64,000 bases of DNA from Candidatus Falkowbacteria bacterium RIFOXYC2_FULL_36_12 (GCA_001778235.1 MFGJ01000008.1:129148-193147); one strand, 5' to 3'; shown: positions 30,766 to 40,644, counted from the stretch's first letter. Translations and numbers: made by a program. The notes: generated by a model from the letters alone, not told the origin.

Positions 30766-31158
30766 TCAAATTTGTTCTATAGGTATTCCTTCAAAAATCC
30801 TCTGCAGAATAACCCCAAGTGGCAAGTTATCATCATAATGATGAACAACCCGAATCAAAGCTTCATCTTGTTCAAAATCACTTTGACTCAATTCACCTTT
30901 TGCAACTCTGAAAACCCAACCAGGAAAAGGAATTACTGCTACCCAAATACTTTTTCCAGAACACTTATTCCTCCCAAAATGCAATTCAGCTATAGCTGGA
31001 GAAAATTCAAACGGTTTACCACCAATAAACATATGAAACAAATTAGCGGACCTGAATGCTTCAACCGGAACATCTGAACGAAAAATAAAATATTTTGCAA
31101 ATTTTGGAAATTCTTTATGACCATTAATAATTACATAACTTACAATTTGATCACTCAT
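30766..31158 (-). CDS. hypothetical protein (start probably the ATG at 31158)
   Basis: Its start overlaps the stop of the upstream gene by 1 nt (ATGAGTGA). No recognised motif. Confidence 0.4.
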   Translation of the reverse strand: MSDQIVSYVIINGHKEFPKFAKYFIFRSDVPVEAFRSANLFHMFIGGKPFEFSPAIAELHFGRNKCSGKSIWVAVIPFPGWVFRVAKGELSQSDFEQDEALIRVVHHYDDNLPLGVILQRIFEGIPIEQI

Positions 31159-31567
31159 CACGCATATCTCCTTTTTCCTTCCCACAGCCATTTCTTAACC
31201 ATCGCAGATACAAATCATCAATAAAAGCAACCATTCTCTTTTCCGTATCCCTTGCGTCCTCGTTATCATCATACTTAAACTCTTCACACCACCTAAGATT
31301 CTGTAAAGTTACCCAGATATCAAAATCAAGAGAACTAAATTCACTATGTTTATCCACGACAAGAACAATCTCAAACTTATCTCCCAACCAATATTCAGTT
31401 TGCGTTTTTTGCCAATCACTTACCTGATATCGATATGAACCTTGCCTAAGGACCAAAGACTTCATTTTAAAAGCAAACACAGGAATTTTTCTAATAATAA
31501 CAAAACCTCTTGGCTTTTTTTCATTATCCAAACATCTTACAAAAATAACAACTGGTACCGTTTGCAT
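31151..31567 (-). CDS. hypothetical protein
   Basis: 138-aa ORF translationally coupled to the following gene. Confidence 0.45.
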   Translation of the reverse strand: MQTVPVVIFVRCLDNEKKPRGFVIIRKIPVFAFKMKSLVLRQGSYRYQVSDWQKTQTEYWLGDKFEIVLVVDKHSEFSSLDFDIWVTLQNLRWCEEFKYDDNEDARDTEKRMVAFIDDLYLRWLRNGCGKEKGDMRDE

Positions 31568-31634
31568 TATTGTGTCTCCCTTCTTTGATCAAAGAACACA
31601 TCAATAACTTATCACAAATATTAATTTTTGCAAC

Positions 31635-31665
31635 ACAAAAAAGAACATCCAAAATGTTCTTTTTC
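31635..31665 (-). terminator. Bidirectional rho-independent terminator (agaacat-ccaaa-atgttct flanked by A6/T5)
   Basis: 7-bp stem at 31641..31659 with aaaaa before and ttttt after. Confidence 0.55.
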
Positions 31666-31685
31666 ATTATAATAAACTTAAAAAT

Positions 31686-33323
31686 CTATTGAGGACCTTG
31701 AATCAATTTTCCTGTATATGCATTTACATAGAATATCCCACCTATTTTTGATGACCGCACTTTCAATACAGCAGAATTCATATATCTCTCAACGCTCAAC
31801 TTCCCATATTTTTTTGGAAAAGTAAAATACTTATAAACCGAATGATCACTATACCTTACTTTTATATTTCCATTAGTCAGTCCAACCGCCGAGAGGAGAT
31901 ATCTATTTGCAAAATTTACATTGTATGGATCAATTGTTGAAAGAAAAGGATGTAACCCATTATTCTGAATAGTATTTATCTCATCAATTTCTCCATCTCC
32001 ATCATTATCTCTTCTATCGCCTTTGAATTCCACACCAACTGAATACACCCCATCATCAAAATCATAATTATTTACTACATAACCTACTGGTACATTCCCA
32101 CAAACACTAATTGAAACAACTTTGCTTCCAAGTCCATCTCCATCATTATCTTGATAATAACTGCTACCACCAGCCCCGACCAAAGTTGTTGTATCATCAC
32201 AATCTAATTCAATTTCAACTCCATCGTTATCAAAATCATTGTCATTCAAATCATTGTTATTAGCCACATAACCACTTAGCATTGAACAACTTTGAATCAC
32301 ATCACCATATCCCAAGCCATCACCGTCTTGGTCAATGTAATAATTATTTGAAGCAAACAATTCTGGATTTTGTGGGGCACAATCATTTAAATCTAAAACT
32401 CCATCTCCATCAAAATCACGCCGAACAACTGGGAAATTAAAATGCCGTGTAATTGTCGAGGTACTATCATGAGCAATCAATATTTCAGCCATATTTGTCA
32501 TTGGAACTGATTTAATTACAACACCCTCTCTGGCATCACCAGGTACATCTGTATAAGTATTAATTACTGTCCGTCCATCTGGAGTTAACTCAAACAAATA
32601 ATTATATCCATCATCATAAAGCACAAACAATGTTCCGGTATCTTTACTAAAAAACAAGTCAGAAACATTTCTATTCGGCAATGCAGAATTCAAATTCAAA
32701 TACCCAAGAGAAGTCACTTCCCCGTTCACAGCCAAATTAACATCAAAAGCATAAATCAAACCATCGTCTACAGTTGTATCATTGTTAATATCAACTGGTC
32801 TCTGAACACCAGCATAAAAAACTCCACCAGAGGCTCTATCTCCATATGGATGAAAACCATTTGGGACAAAAGCTAATCCCTCTAATCCAGAATTAGCAGG
32901 ACCAGTAAGCCAAGTTGTCAAATCCCATTTTTTTGGTATTTGAGGACTATTAACCGGTGAAGTAATATCAAATTCATAAATTGCATCTGGATTTTCAACA
33001 CCAACATATATTTTATTACTATTGGGGTCAACAATTGTAAGAGCTTCAAAATCTCCGCCCATCTTCCAAGTCAGCTGATTACTTCCATCTGCATTCATCA
33101 TTGTAATTCTGTTTCCATCACTGGTCAGATCACTTACTGAAAATAATTTTTTAGTTACTTCATTCCAAGCTAAACCACTTGGTTCATAAGGACTTGGCAA
33201 ATTAATTGTATCCGCCGTTGTTATACCAGTCGCTGGCCATGTAGCACCGAAAACAACTGTCGGCATTACCAACATAAAAAAAACAAAAGTCGCTAAACTA
33301 AATTTAATTTTCATAATATACAA
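31686..33323 (-). CDS. secreted protein: N-terminal beta-propeller-like region and C-terminal Asp-rich DxDxDG calcium-binding repeats
   Basis: Signal-peptide-like N-terminus (hydrophobic...VVFGA). Five DxDGDG/DNDGDG loops (DFDGDGVLDLND, DQDGDGLG, DNDGDGEIDE...). Confidence 0.6.
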   Translation of the reverse strand: MYIMKIKFSLATFVFFMLVMPTVVFGATWPATGITTADTINLPSPYEPSGLAWNEVTKKLFSVSDLTSDGNRITMMNADGSNQLTWKMGGDFEALTIVDPNSNKIYVGVENPDAIYEFDITSPVNSPQIPKKWDLTTWLTGPANSGLEGLAFVPNGFHPYGDRASGGVFYAGVQRPVDINNDTTVDDGLIYAFDVNLAVNGEVTSLGYLNLNSALPNRNVSDLFFSKDTGTLFVLYDDGYNYLFELTPDGRTVINTYTDVPGDAREGVVIKSVPMTNMAEILIAHDSTSTITRHFNFPVVRRDFDGDGVLDLNDCAPQNPELFASNNYYIDQDGDGLGYGDVIQSCSMLSGYVANNNDLNDNDFDNDGVEIELDCDDTTTLVGAGGSSYYQDNDGDGLGSKVVSISVCGNVPVGYVVNNYDFDDGVYSVGVEFKGDRRDNDGDGEIDEINTIQNNGLHPFLSTIDPYNVNFANRYLLSAVGLTNGNIKVRYSDHSVYKYFTFPKKYGKLSVERYMNSAVLKVRSSKIGGIFYVNAYTGKLIQGPQ

Positions 33324-33388
33324 ATTATTAATAATTCCTCAAGCATATTGTACCATAACATAAAATATTCATTTCCAATACTAGTTTA

Positions 33389-34282
33389 TTACTCAAACTC
33401 AATCAAATCATAATTCCTATCCCTCAAATACTTATCTGTCACATCATAAAGAACTGGTGCAAAATTTGTAATTACTTTTTGAGTTTTTATAATTTTACCT
33501 TGTTTTTTTTCTTCTTGCCAAATTTCATTATATCTATAATATTTATTTTTATATTTCACAAAAAAATGTTCCTTTTCAAATACATGAAACTTCGAACTCA
33601 TCGAATCTTCAGCTAAAATCTGTCCCTTCAAATGTTGATCAGTCAACCAAATTTTTAATTGTAATGGAGTATCGGAAATATTCCGAACTTTTAAGTCAAC
33701 AAAATTATATAAAATTGTCGCACCACTACCAAAGGGGAGCACTCGACCAGAGTCTGGGAAAACATCTTTTGAATGATGATATCGCTGAATTATTTCCACT
33801 GGAGCATGTAAAAACATCCAATACAACAAATTTGACATCTGGCACAAACCACCACCCATACCTTCAACCACTTCACCATTAGATAGCAACATACCAGTTG
33901 TAAATCCTCGACCAAATGTTGGTTTGCCGACTATGTGCCAGAATGAAAACACTCTACCTGGTGGAATAATTATTCCATTTAATCTTTCTCCGGCAACCGA
34001 TAAATTCAAAATTTTCTGTCTTTGCAATCTTTCAGTTGAATCTCCGAGCTTCCTCATCAACAATGACTGATGCCTGACAACAACATTATCAAAAAAATCT
34101 TTGTTATTTCTAATATTCACGACATGAAGTAACCAATTTCTCCAAAAAGTTAGGTGAACTCGTAATGAAATAATCGGTTTTTTTAAAAATGGAAAGCGAG
34201 AAGAAAGCGCTCGCCTTTTTGGTTCTTCGAGCAATCGAATTTTGTATTTAAGTTGTTTTTTCAATTTTTCAATCCCCTCCAT
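33389..34282 (-). CDS. VanW-family protein
   Basis: GGGLCQMSNLLY matches the VanW G(G)G-x-CQ-x-S-x-LY motif. Confidence 0.6.
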   Translation of the reverse strand: MEGIEKLKKQLKYKIRLLEEPKRRALSSRFPFLKKPIISLRVHLTFWRNWLLHVVNIRNNKDFFDNVVVRHQSLLMRKLGDSTERLQRQKILNLSVAGERLNGIIIPPGRVFSFWHIVGKPTFGRGFTTGMLLSNGEVVEGMGGGLCQMSNLLYWMFLHAPVEIIQRYHHSKDVFPDSGRVLPFGSGATILYNFVDLKVRNISDTPLQLKIWLTDQHLKGQILAEDSMSSKFHVFEKEHFFVKYKNKYYRYNEIWQEEKKQGKIIKTQKVITNFAPVLYDVTDKYLRDRNYDLIEFE

Positions 34283-34375
34283 AACTTTTTACTTGTCAGG
34301 CTGAATTTTTTCAGCCTCTAACTAAATCCTAAAATCTAAACTTACGACACTCCTATAGCAACTGGAGACCAATAA

Positions 34376-34705
34376 CTATCTATCATCTCCATCACCATGA
34401 ATCTGATTTCTCTCAAAGCGTGAATAAAGTTTCTCAATATTCAATTCAGCTACTTCATCAAGAGAAATTTGCAATTCAGTACAAATCTGGGCTACATACC
34501 ACAAAACATCGCCCAATTCTTTTTTTATTTCTTGCCTTTTTTCATTTGTCACTTCGCCATTATTATCACGAATAACTTTTTTTATTTTTTCTGCCACTTC
34601 GCCCGATTCACCAGCCAAACCCAATACAGGATAAACATAATTATTTCCCTTATCCGGATAAAGCGCAGTTTTCCTTGATGCAATTTGATATTGTGTAAAA
34701 TTCAT
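34376..34705 (-). CDS. MazG-like nucleotide pyrophosphohydrolase
   Basis: LAGESGEVAE and ELGDVLWYV helices of the MazG/EEXXE(12-28)EXXD type. Confidence 0.6.
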   Translation of the reverse strand: MNFTQYQIASRKTALYPDKGNNYVYPVLGLAGESGEVAEKIKKVIRDNNGEVTNEKRQEIKKELGDVLWYVAQICTELQISLDEVAELNIEKLYSRFERNQIHGDGDDR

Positions 34706-34709
34706 AATT

Positions 34710-35222
34710 TTATTCAGTAATAATTCTTAAAGCCTCCTTTAACAAAACTAGATCGCGCAAGACAACATATTTTCCTTCATAACTATCAGGTTTATCCAAC
34801 TCCATTAACTTTATTGCTTCTTCAATCGGAACGAACATCAAACTAAACTTTCTATCTTTTTCTCTTTTTGTAAAGTTTGGCTCTTTTCTTTCAATTACTC
34901 GTGCAAAATAACATTTTGATAACTGATGCAATTTAAATTCATTTCTATATTCTTCAACCACACCTAATTCAGCCTCAATCTCAATTTTACAACCAGTTTC
35001 TTCTTTGCATTCTCTTTTCAAAGCTTCATCTATTTCCTCTCCAGCCTCAACACCACCACCAGGCAACTTATGATATTTTTCTTTCTGAACATTGAGCAAA
35101 GCAATTTCGCCCATCTCATTAAACAAAACAGCGCGCCCAGCAGTTCTCTCCTTATATTCATCCAGTTTTCTGAACTTTACGCCTGAAATATCATCATCGG
35201 TAATGGTTTTAAGTAATTTCAT
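34710..35222 (-). CDS. NUDIX hydrolase
   Basis: Nudix box GGGVEAGEEIDEALKRECKEETG. Confidence 0.8.
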   Translation of the reverse strand: MKLLKTITDDDISGVKFRKLDEYKERTAGRAVLFNEMGEIALLNVQKEKYHKLPGGGVEAGEEIDEALKRECKEETGCKIEIEAELGVVEEYRNEFKLHQLSKCYFARVIERKEPNFTKREKDRKFSLMFVPIEEAIKLMELDKPDSYEGKYVVLRDLVLLKEALRIITE

Positions 35223-35362
35223 ATTTTTTATTTACCAATAAACCTCTTCTTGCTTATACTGTGACAATCTCAAAGGGATCTAAAAAGTTTAATAACATCT
35301 TATCGTTTACGCAAATGTTTTTTTACAATCTCCAGATAGAATCCCAATTTTTTCAATCGTTC

Positions 35363-37915
35363 TTAAATAATTTTTGCGTTTGGATAATTTTTACTTAAAT
35401 CTTCTCTTTGTTTTATTGACAAATTCTTACAATAAATTTTCCCCTGGAAAGCAACCGGCAGTTTCAAACCTTCAGCCGTCTTTAATCCTGACAAATCAAT
35501 ATCACCGCCAATGTTCTCGGGCAGTTTCAAACCATCAGCTGTCGTTAATCCTGACAACACAAGATCCCCACCAATGCTCTCGGGCAATTTCAATCCTTCA
35601 GCTGTCGTTAATCCTGACAACACAAAATCCCCACCAATGCTCTCGGGCAGTTTCAAGCCTTCGACTGTCATTAATCCGTTCAAAAAAAGATCACTGCCAA
35701 TGCTCTCGGGCAATTTCAATCCTTCAGCTGTCGTTAATCCTGACAAATAAAGCTTACCGCCAATACTCTCGGGCAGTTTCAAGCCTTCAGCTGTCGTTAA
35801 TCCTGACAACTCAAGATCCCTGCCAATGTTCTCGGGCAGTTTCAAGCCTTTAGCCGTCGTTAATCCTGACAAATCAAGATCCCTGCCAATGTTCTCGGGC
35901 AGATTCAAGCCTTTAGCCGTCGTTAATTTCATCAAAGACAAAGAGCCACCAATAATCTCGGGCAATTTCAATCCTTCAGCTGTTGTTAAATCCTGCAACT
36001 CAAGATTACCACCAATACACTCTGGCATTATCAATCCTTTAGCCGTCGTTAATCCTGATAAATTAAGAAGTCCGCCAATGCTCTCGGGTAGTTTCAAACC
36101 ATCAGCCGTCTTTAATCCACGCAATGCAAGAGAGCCACCAATACTCTTGGGCAGTTCCAAGCCTTTAGCGGTTGTTAATCCTGACAAATAAAGATTACCG
36201 CCAATACTCTCGGGTAGTTTCAAGCCTTCAGCTGTCTCTAATCCTGACAAATAAAGCTTACCGCCAATACTCTCGGGCAGATTCAAGCCTTCAGCCGTCG
36301 TTAATCCTGACAAATCAAGATTACCACCAATAATCTTGGGCAATTTCAATCCTTCAGCCGTCGTTAATCCTGACAAATCAATATCCCTGCCAATGTTCTC
36401 GGGCAATTTCAATCCTTCAGCTGTCGTTAATCCTGACAAAGAAAGATTACCATAATGAAATTTAATTTCACCACTCACAGCTTCCTCATTTGTCAAGCTT
36501 ATCTTATCCTTGGGAAAACCTGTCACCACCACCAAATCAGCCCTTATATCCTTTCGGTTACTCTTGATTTCTTCCAAACGCGGATCAGCCTCATAACCAA
36601 ATCCTTTAATTTTACCGTCAAACTCATACAAAAATCTCAAATCACTCTTTGCCAGTTCTTGCCCTTGTCTATTTCTCTCCCAAACATCTGTCAATTGCTC
36701 CATATCTGCAGTCTTCTGCTTGTACTCATCTCCTTCCTTGCCAAATTCATCCATTTTCTTTTCCACCACTGGACCAATATATGGATCCAGATTCTGATCA
36801 GTCGCTATACCTCGGACTTCAGCGATTTTTTCTTTCCCCTCCATGCGTATCGCAATCCTAGGAATCACAGCTTCACCATCTTCATTATAGGAATAATAGA
36901 CATAAAAATCTCCTCCTGCCAACTGTTTTCTGGCCGTCTCAATATCAGCTGTGCACCATTCTAGTGGATAACCCTCAAGGCTTTTTACCAACTCATCCGG
37001 TTTTGATTTCTGCGGGAAAATTTTCCACTCTCCTTTAATTTCCTCCAGTCCTTCAGTCGCGTATTCAGGAATTTCCAGTAAAAATTGTGCGTAAAGTTTG
37101 GCAAAGTTTTCCTTCGATAATAATTTAATAAATTCATTTTCCTTTAATTTCTTACTGTCATTTTTTATTTGCAATTTCAACAATTCTTCCTCTCTTTGTT
37201 CTTTGGGCTTTTGCTTTTCTCTCGCCACCCTTTCTTTTTCTTCCAAATAACCAATCATCACTCCGATTGTTTTTGCCAAGGCCCGAGAGTTCAAGAGTGG
37301 AAAGGTGTTTGTAGTTGAACCAGTTCTTCGCTGAAACTGCGCCTTGACGCTTCCATTTATGTCTTCTTTTTTCACCAACTTGCCCATTTTCAGCATTGAA
37401 GTAAACGCCCAATACTTGGCCCACATCGGATACTGGGCATCGTCTGAAGTCAGGTAATTGAACCAAGTTTCTAAACTTTTCGCTTGGTTGTTTCTCACCA
37501 CCACCAACGACTGCTCCCTCATTTCTACCGGAAAAATATAGTTGACAATCTGCTCATCTGACTCATCTCTGATTACTCTTTTTTCCACCCCATTTTGTTC
37601 CAAATCTCCACCATATCCCTGACGAATCATTATTTCCGCCTGGTTATTCCAATATCCTTGAGGTATGTCATCAAGTGTTAGTGTCACATATCTCCGGTAA
37701 TAATATTGTTTTAGTCGTTCCATCACTTTCGGATCATCTCTGTGCCCCAAGTGGGTTCGCTCCAGCACCTTCATCCAATCCGACAACTTTTCCGCTGGCT
37801 TTTGCGTAGTCTGCTCACCACGCCGTTTTTTCCTATCCTGTTCATGCATCGCCGGATCAGACAAATGAAGCTCTGTATCTTTTTGATGTAAAAATTTTTC
37901 TCCAAAATTTGTCAT
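35363..37915 (-). CDS. large repeat protein: about 480-aa unknown N-terminal domain plus about 22 tandem 20-aa Leu-rich (LRR-like) repeats
   Basis: C-terminal 20-aa repeats, consensus LDLSGLTTAEGLKLPESIGG; no signal peptide seen. The start overlaps the trmH stop (ATGA). Confidence 0.6.
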   Translation of the reverse strand: MTNFGEKFLHQKDTELHLSDPAMHEQDRKKRRGEQTTQKPAEKLSDWMKVLERTHLGHRDDPKVMERLKQYYYRRYVTLTLDDIPQGYWNNQAEIMIRQGYGGDLEQNGVEKRVIRDESDEQIVNYIFPVEMREQSLVVVRNNQAKSLETWFNYLTSDDAQYPMWAKYWAFTSMLKMGKLVKKEDINGSVKAQFQRRTGSTTNTFPLLNSRALAKTIGVMIGYLEEKERVAREKQKPKEQREEELLKLQIKNDSKKLKENEFIKLLSKENFAKLYAQFLLEIPEYATEGLEEIKGEWKIFPQKSKPDELVKSLEGYPLEWCTADIETARKQLAGGDFYVYYSYNEDGEAVIPRIAIRMEGKEKIAEVRGIATDQNLDPYIGPVVEKKMDEFGKEGDEYKQKTADMEQLTDVWERNRQGQELAKSDLRFLYEFDGKIKGFGYEADPRLEEIKSNRKDIRADLVVVTGFPKDKISLTNEEAVSGEIKFHYGNLSLSGLTTAEGLKLPENIGRDIDLSGLTTAEGLKLPKIIGGNLDLSGLTTAEGLNLPESIGGKLYLSGLETAEGLKLPESIGGNLYLSGLTTAKGLELPKSIGGSLALRGLKTADGLKLPESIGGLLNLSGLTTAKGLIMPECIGGNLELQDLTTAEGLKLPEIIGGSLSLMKLTTAKGLNLPENIGRDLDLSGLTTAKGLKLPENIGRDLELSGLTTAEGLKLPESIGGKLYLSGLTTAEGLKLPESIGSDLFLNGLMTVEGLKLPESIGGDFVLSGLTTAEGLKLPESIGGDLVLSGLTTADGLKLPENIGGDIDLSGLKTAEGLKLPVAFQGKIYCKNLSIKQREDLSKNYPNAKII
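35400..36450. repeat. Near-identical 60-bp tandem repeats (coding, within the LRR-like gene)
   Basis: Repeating ...ctctcgggcagtttcaagccttcagctgtcgttaatcctgacaa... units, GC-richer than the surroundings. Confidence 0.8.
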
Positions 37916-38514
37916 ATTTTTAAAACTTTTAATAATGCCTCTTGTTCTTTTTTGTCTTTTAAAAATTTCTTGCCTTCCAGTAGTCTCTGTCTTGATATTT
38001 CATAAATAAATATCGCCGTTGTCACCGATACATTCAAACTCTGCACCATACCTCTCATTGGAATTATCAATTTCTTATCCAACATTGAAATTGCTTTTTC
38101 CGACAAACCCGCATGTTCATTGCCAATCAGCAATGCAATCTTATCATATTTTGTAAAAGCTTGATCATAAATTGACTCACAATCATCAGCCAGCACAGTC
38201 CCCATAATTACATATTTTTCTTTTTTCAATTCATTCAAACATTTTTCAGTTGAATCAAATTTCTGAAAATTCAACCACTTATTAGCTGATGCTGAACTAA
38301 CTTTACCGATTTTACGAGGATTATATGATTCTTGTTTTTCAAAAATAAGATAAACATCCTGAATGCCAAAAGCTTCAGCTGTCCGAAAAATTGCCCCCGC
38401 ATTGTGCGGATCATGAATATCTTCGAGCACCAGCACAATATTTTTCTGTCTTTTTCTTACAACATTTATTAATTTTTTCAATCTTTCTTTGGTCAACATA
38501 ACTATTTCTTCCAT
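37912..38514 (-). CDS. trmH: SpoU/TrmH-family RNA 2'-O-methyltransferase
   Basis: SPOUT motifs HDPHNAGAIFRTAEAFG, GNEHAGL and SLNVSV. Confidence 0.75.
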   Translation of the reverse strand: MEEIVMLTKERLKKLINVVRKRQKNIVLVLEDIHDPHNAGAIFRTAEAFGIQDVYLIFEKQESYNPRKIGKVSSASANKWLNFQKFDSTEKCLNELKKEKYVIMGTVLADDCESIYDQAFTKYDKIALLIGNEHAGLSEKAISMLDKKLIIPMRGMVQSLNVSVTTAIFIYEISRQRLLEGKKFLKDKKEQEALLKVLKI

Positions 38515-38849
38515 TTACTTTGAGTAATAAATAAAACTCCAATTAACAACGGCAAAATTCCCACAAAAATAAAGACCAATCCTTCCCTATATGCCTGAAA
38601 AAACAAAGTAGAAACAATCGCTATTAATAAAAAAGCTATACCACCCAACCTTGATTTAAACCAAGAAAGAATCAATATCGCGATTAAAACAAATGCCGGT
38701 ATCATGTGAATCAAAAACCCTGCGATTAACCTCCAAACAGAAACGTCCGCAAAGTCGTCACTTTCAAAAACGTCAAAAGACATAACTATAAAAAACAAAA
38801 TACCAATTATCGCTAAAATTCTCGGCGTCCATTTTACAAAATTTTTCAT
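38502..38849 (-). CDS. hypothetical small membrane protein (4 TM)
   Basis: Hydrophobic profile only. Confidence 0.45.
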   Translation of the reverse strand: MKNFVKWTPRILAIIGILFFIVMSFDVFESDDFADVSVWRLIAGFLIHMIPAFVLIAILILSWFKSRLGGIAFLLIAIVSTLFFQAYREGLVFIFVGILPLLIGVLFITQSKWKK

Positions 38850-38905
38850 ACTTAGTTTTATATTTATTATCTTTGTAATTTCCGTAATTTTTTGTAATTT
38901 TGTAT

Positions 38906-39304
38906 CTACAAATATTTCTCCTCAAAATCCTTCTCATCATTATACTTAGCAAATTTCTCATGATGAGGCGGGACTTTGAATCCTTGTTTCTTGGCATGCT
39001 GAATTCCGCACCAATAATATTCTGTCTCCGCCGCAATCTCTGACCAATATCTCACCACCCCATTACCATAACCGCAATAAACACAATATATCTTTTCAAA
39101 AATATTCAAATATTTCAATTTATGACGATCAATCAAAATATAATTGCTTCTCTTAACATATTTTATGCCACATAAAGGAAAACAAATTCTATGGTAAATC
39201 TCCATCCAAATATCCATGATTACCATCGGAATTAAAACAGAAGTAATTATCGGCATTACAAAAAAATGCTTTAGCATCCCCCATTTGGTTTTTATATATT
39301 TCAC
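38906..39304 (-). CDS. hypothetical membrane-anchored Cys-rich protein
   Basis: N-terminal TM helix and a CxxC...CxYC pattern. No family recognised. Confidence 0.4.
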   Translation of the reverse strand: MKYIKTKWGMLKHFFVMPIITSVLIPMVIMDIWMEIYHRICFPLCGIKYVKRSNYILIDRHKLKYLNIFEKIYCVYCGYGNGVVRYWSEIAAETEYYWCGIQHAKKQGFKVPPHHEKFAKYNDEKDFEEKYL

Positions 39305-39398
39305 ATCAAATTTTTTATTTTTTCAAATATAATTCATGCCTGCATTATAGCAAAAATTTTATCATAAATTAAATTTTTTATTCACTTGATTAACAATA

Positions 39399-39425
39399 TT
39401 GACAAAAACAATTATTTGTTATAAT
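39399..39425 (+). promoter_or_regulatory. sigma70-like promoter with extended -10 (TTGACA-15-TGTTATAAT)
   Basis: -35 at 39399..39404, TGn at 39417..39419, TATAAT at 39420..39425. AGAGGGG SD and the ATG at 39470 lie downstream. Confidence 0.5.
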
Positions 39426-39469
39426 ATTAAACATTGAATCTTGACAACCTAGACAAAAAGAGAGGGGTA

Positions 39470-40015
39470 ATGAGTCAATACATTTTCATCCCAAGCTGTG
39501 AAGTTGCTCCACTCAATTCTTTGGAAAACACCCAAACATTGAAAAGATTAAAGAAGGGATTAGCTATCTGGCAAAATCATAACCGTACTATCATTGTTTC
39601 TGGTGGAATTTATTTACCACCCAATGTTCAAACAGTCCCATCAGGTCAGCTTATGAAAATTTGGTTGATTGCTAATGGTGTACCAGCTGAACAAATTATC
39701 GCTGAAACAAATTCACGAGATACTTATGAAAATATTTCAGGAGCTATGCAACTCATTTCTTCAGATACAAACCCTCAAATCACCGTTGTTTCCCAATGGC
39801 AACATTGTTTCCGAATCTTCATAACCTTTTTCCGAGCATATCATATCAGAGTTAAAACCAAACCAATGTTTTATTCAATTGGTCTCAAATCAACCCTCCT
39901 TGAATTTATAATTATATTAATTCATCTTTTTGATAAAAATGGTACGGGAAAAATCAGTAGCCGAAACCGATCTAACCGGACTTACGGGAGACAAGGAAAC
40001 AAACATGCGACCTGA
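39470..40015 (+). CDS. DUF218 (YdcF/ElyC/SanA-like) domain protein
   Basis: IIVSGG...ETNSRDTYEN pattern typical of DUF218. The track start is TTG (39434); the ATG with an SD is at 39470. Confidence 0.55.
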   Translation: MSQYIFIPSCEVAPLNSLENTQTLKRLKKGLAIWQNHNRTIIVSGGIYLPPNVQTVPSGQLMKIWLIANGVPAEQIIAETNSRDTYENISGAMQLISSDTNPQITVVSQWQHCFRIFITFFRAYHIRVKTKPMFYSIGLKSTLLEFIIILIHLFDKNGTGKISSRNRSNRTYGRQGNKHAT

Positions 40016-40262
40016 CCAACATCCTGATTTGGTATCAATGGGTGTGGGAAAAATCACATGCGACAAATGCATGTTGAATTTATTTCAAGGTGAACCCGAT
40101 GAAACCTGTGAAGATTGTAAATTGAATATTCTAATCCATGGAACTCCATCTGAAAAACAAGCTCATATTCGAGCATTAGTTGATGAAATTAATTCTGCAG
40201 ATACTCAAGCAGTTATTAAAAGCTACATAGATCTCATACCAACGAAACAGCAAAGGAGCTAA
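40005..40262 (+). CDS. small hypothetical protein with CxxC...CxxC (zinc-ribbon-like)
   Basis: CDKC...CEDC pair. Overlaps the end of the DUF218 gene. Start uncertain: 39930 (track) or 40005. Confidence 0.35.
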   Translation: MRPDQHPDLVSMGVGKITCDKCMLNLFQGEPDETCEDCKLNILIHGTPSEKQAHIRALVDEINSADTQAVIKSYIDLIPTKQQRS

Positions 40263-40264
40263 AC

Positions 40265-40642
40265 ATGAACTACCCGATCAAACCACATCACATTTTTATT
40301 GGTTTTGAAGATTCAGAACTACATTTCCGAAATGCAGAAGAATTAGAAACTATTGGTAGTCGTGAACCAGCAATCTTTGTTGCACTATTAAAAATGGCTC
40401 AATCTCGTGATAACTGGTCTCCTTTCACCTGCGAAGATTTTCAACCATTTATTGATAATAACCGTTATGACACCCTCGCTAAAATCCGCATAGAACTTGA
40501 CTGGTTTACTTCTGATGATCTCGCCTGGCTTGGTAGAACCGAAGATGGGAAATACAGATTCACCCACGAATTCGTTTCAACCTGTTTCAAAATCAGCCCT
40601 GCACCAGATTGTATTGTCCAAAGCGAACAACAGGAGCAATAA
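40265..40642 (+). CDS. hypothetical protein, paralogue A (MNYPI...YRFTHEFVSTCF)
   Basis: Shares MxYPI, FTHxFVxTCF and the overall layout with the next ORF. Confidence 0.5.
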   Translation: MNYPIKPHHIFIGFEDSELHFRNAEELETIGSREPAIFVALLKMAQSRDNWSPFTCEDFQPFIDNNRYDTLAKIRIELDWFTSDDLAWLGRTEDGKYRFTHEFVSTCFKISPAPDCIVQSEQQEQ

Positions 40643-40644
40643 TA

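Noticed and set aside
35400-36450. Regular ~60-bp direct repeats that could be mistaken for a CRISPR array
   Set aside because: The units are contiguous with no unique spacers. They lie inside a long open reading frame and translate into 20-aa protein repeats. No cas genes are nearby.
37158-37466. 102-aa ORF inside the large repeat-protein gene
   Set aside because: It lies in the same-strand alternative frame within the N-terminal domain of the 850-aa ORF, and its Lys/Arg-rich translation is typical of frame-shifted AT-rich coding sequence.
38773-39036. 87-aa minus-strand ORF bridging two annotated genes
   Set aside because: It overlaps the ends of both the 38502..38849 and 38906..39304 ORFs in a different frame and has a poor start context, so it is likely spurious.
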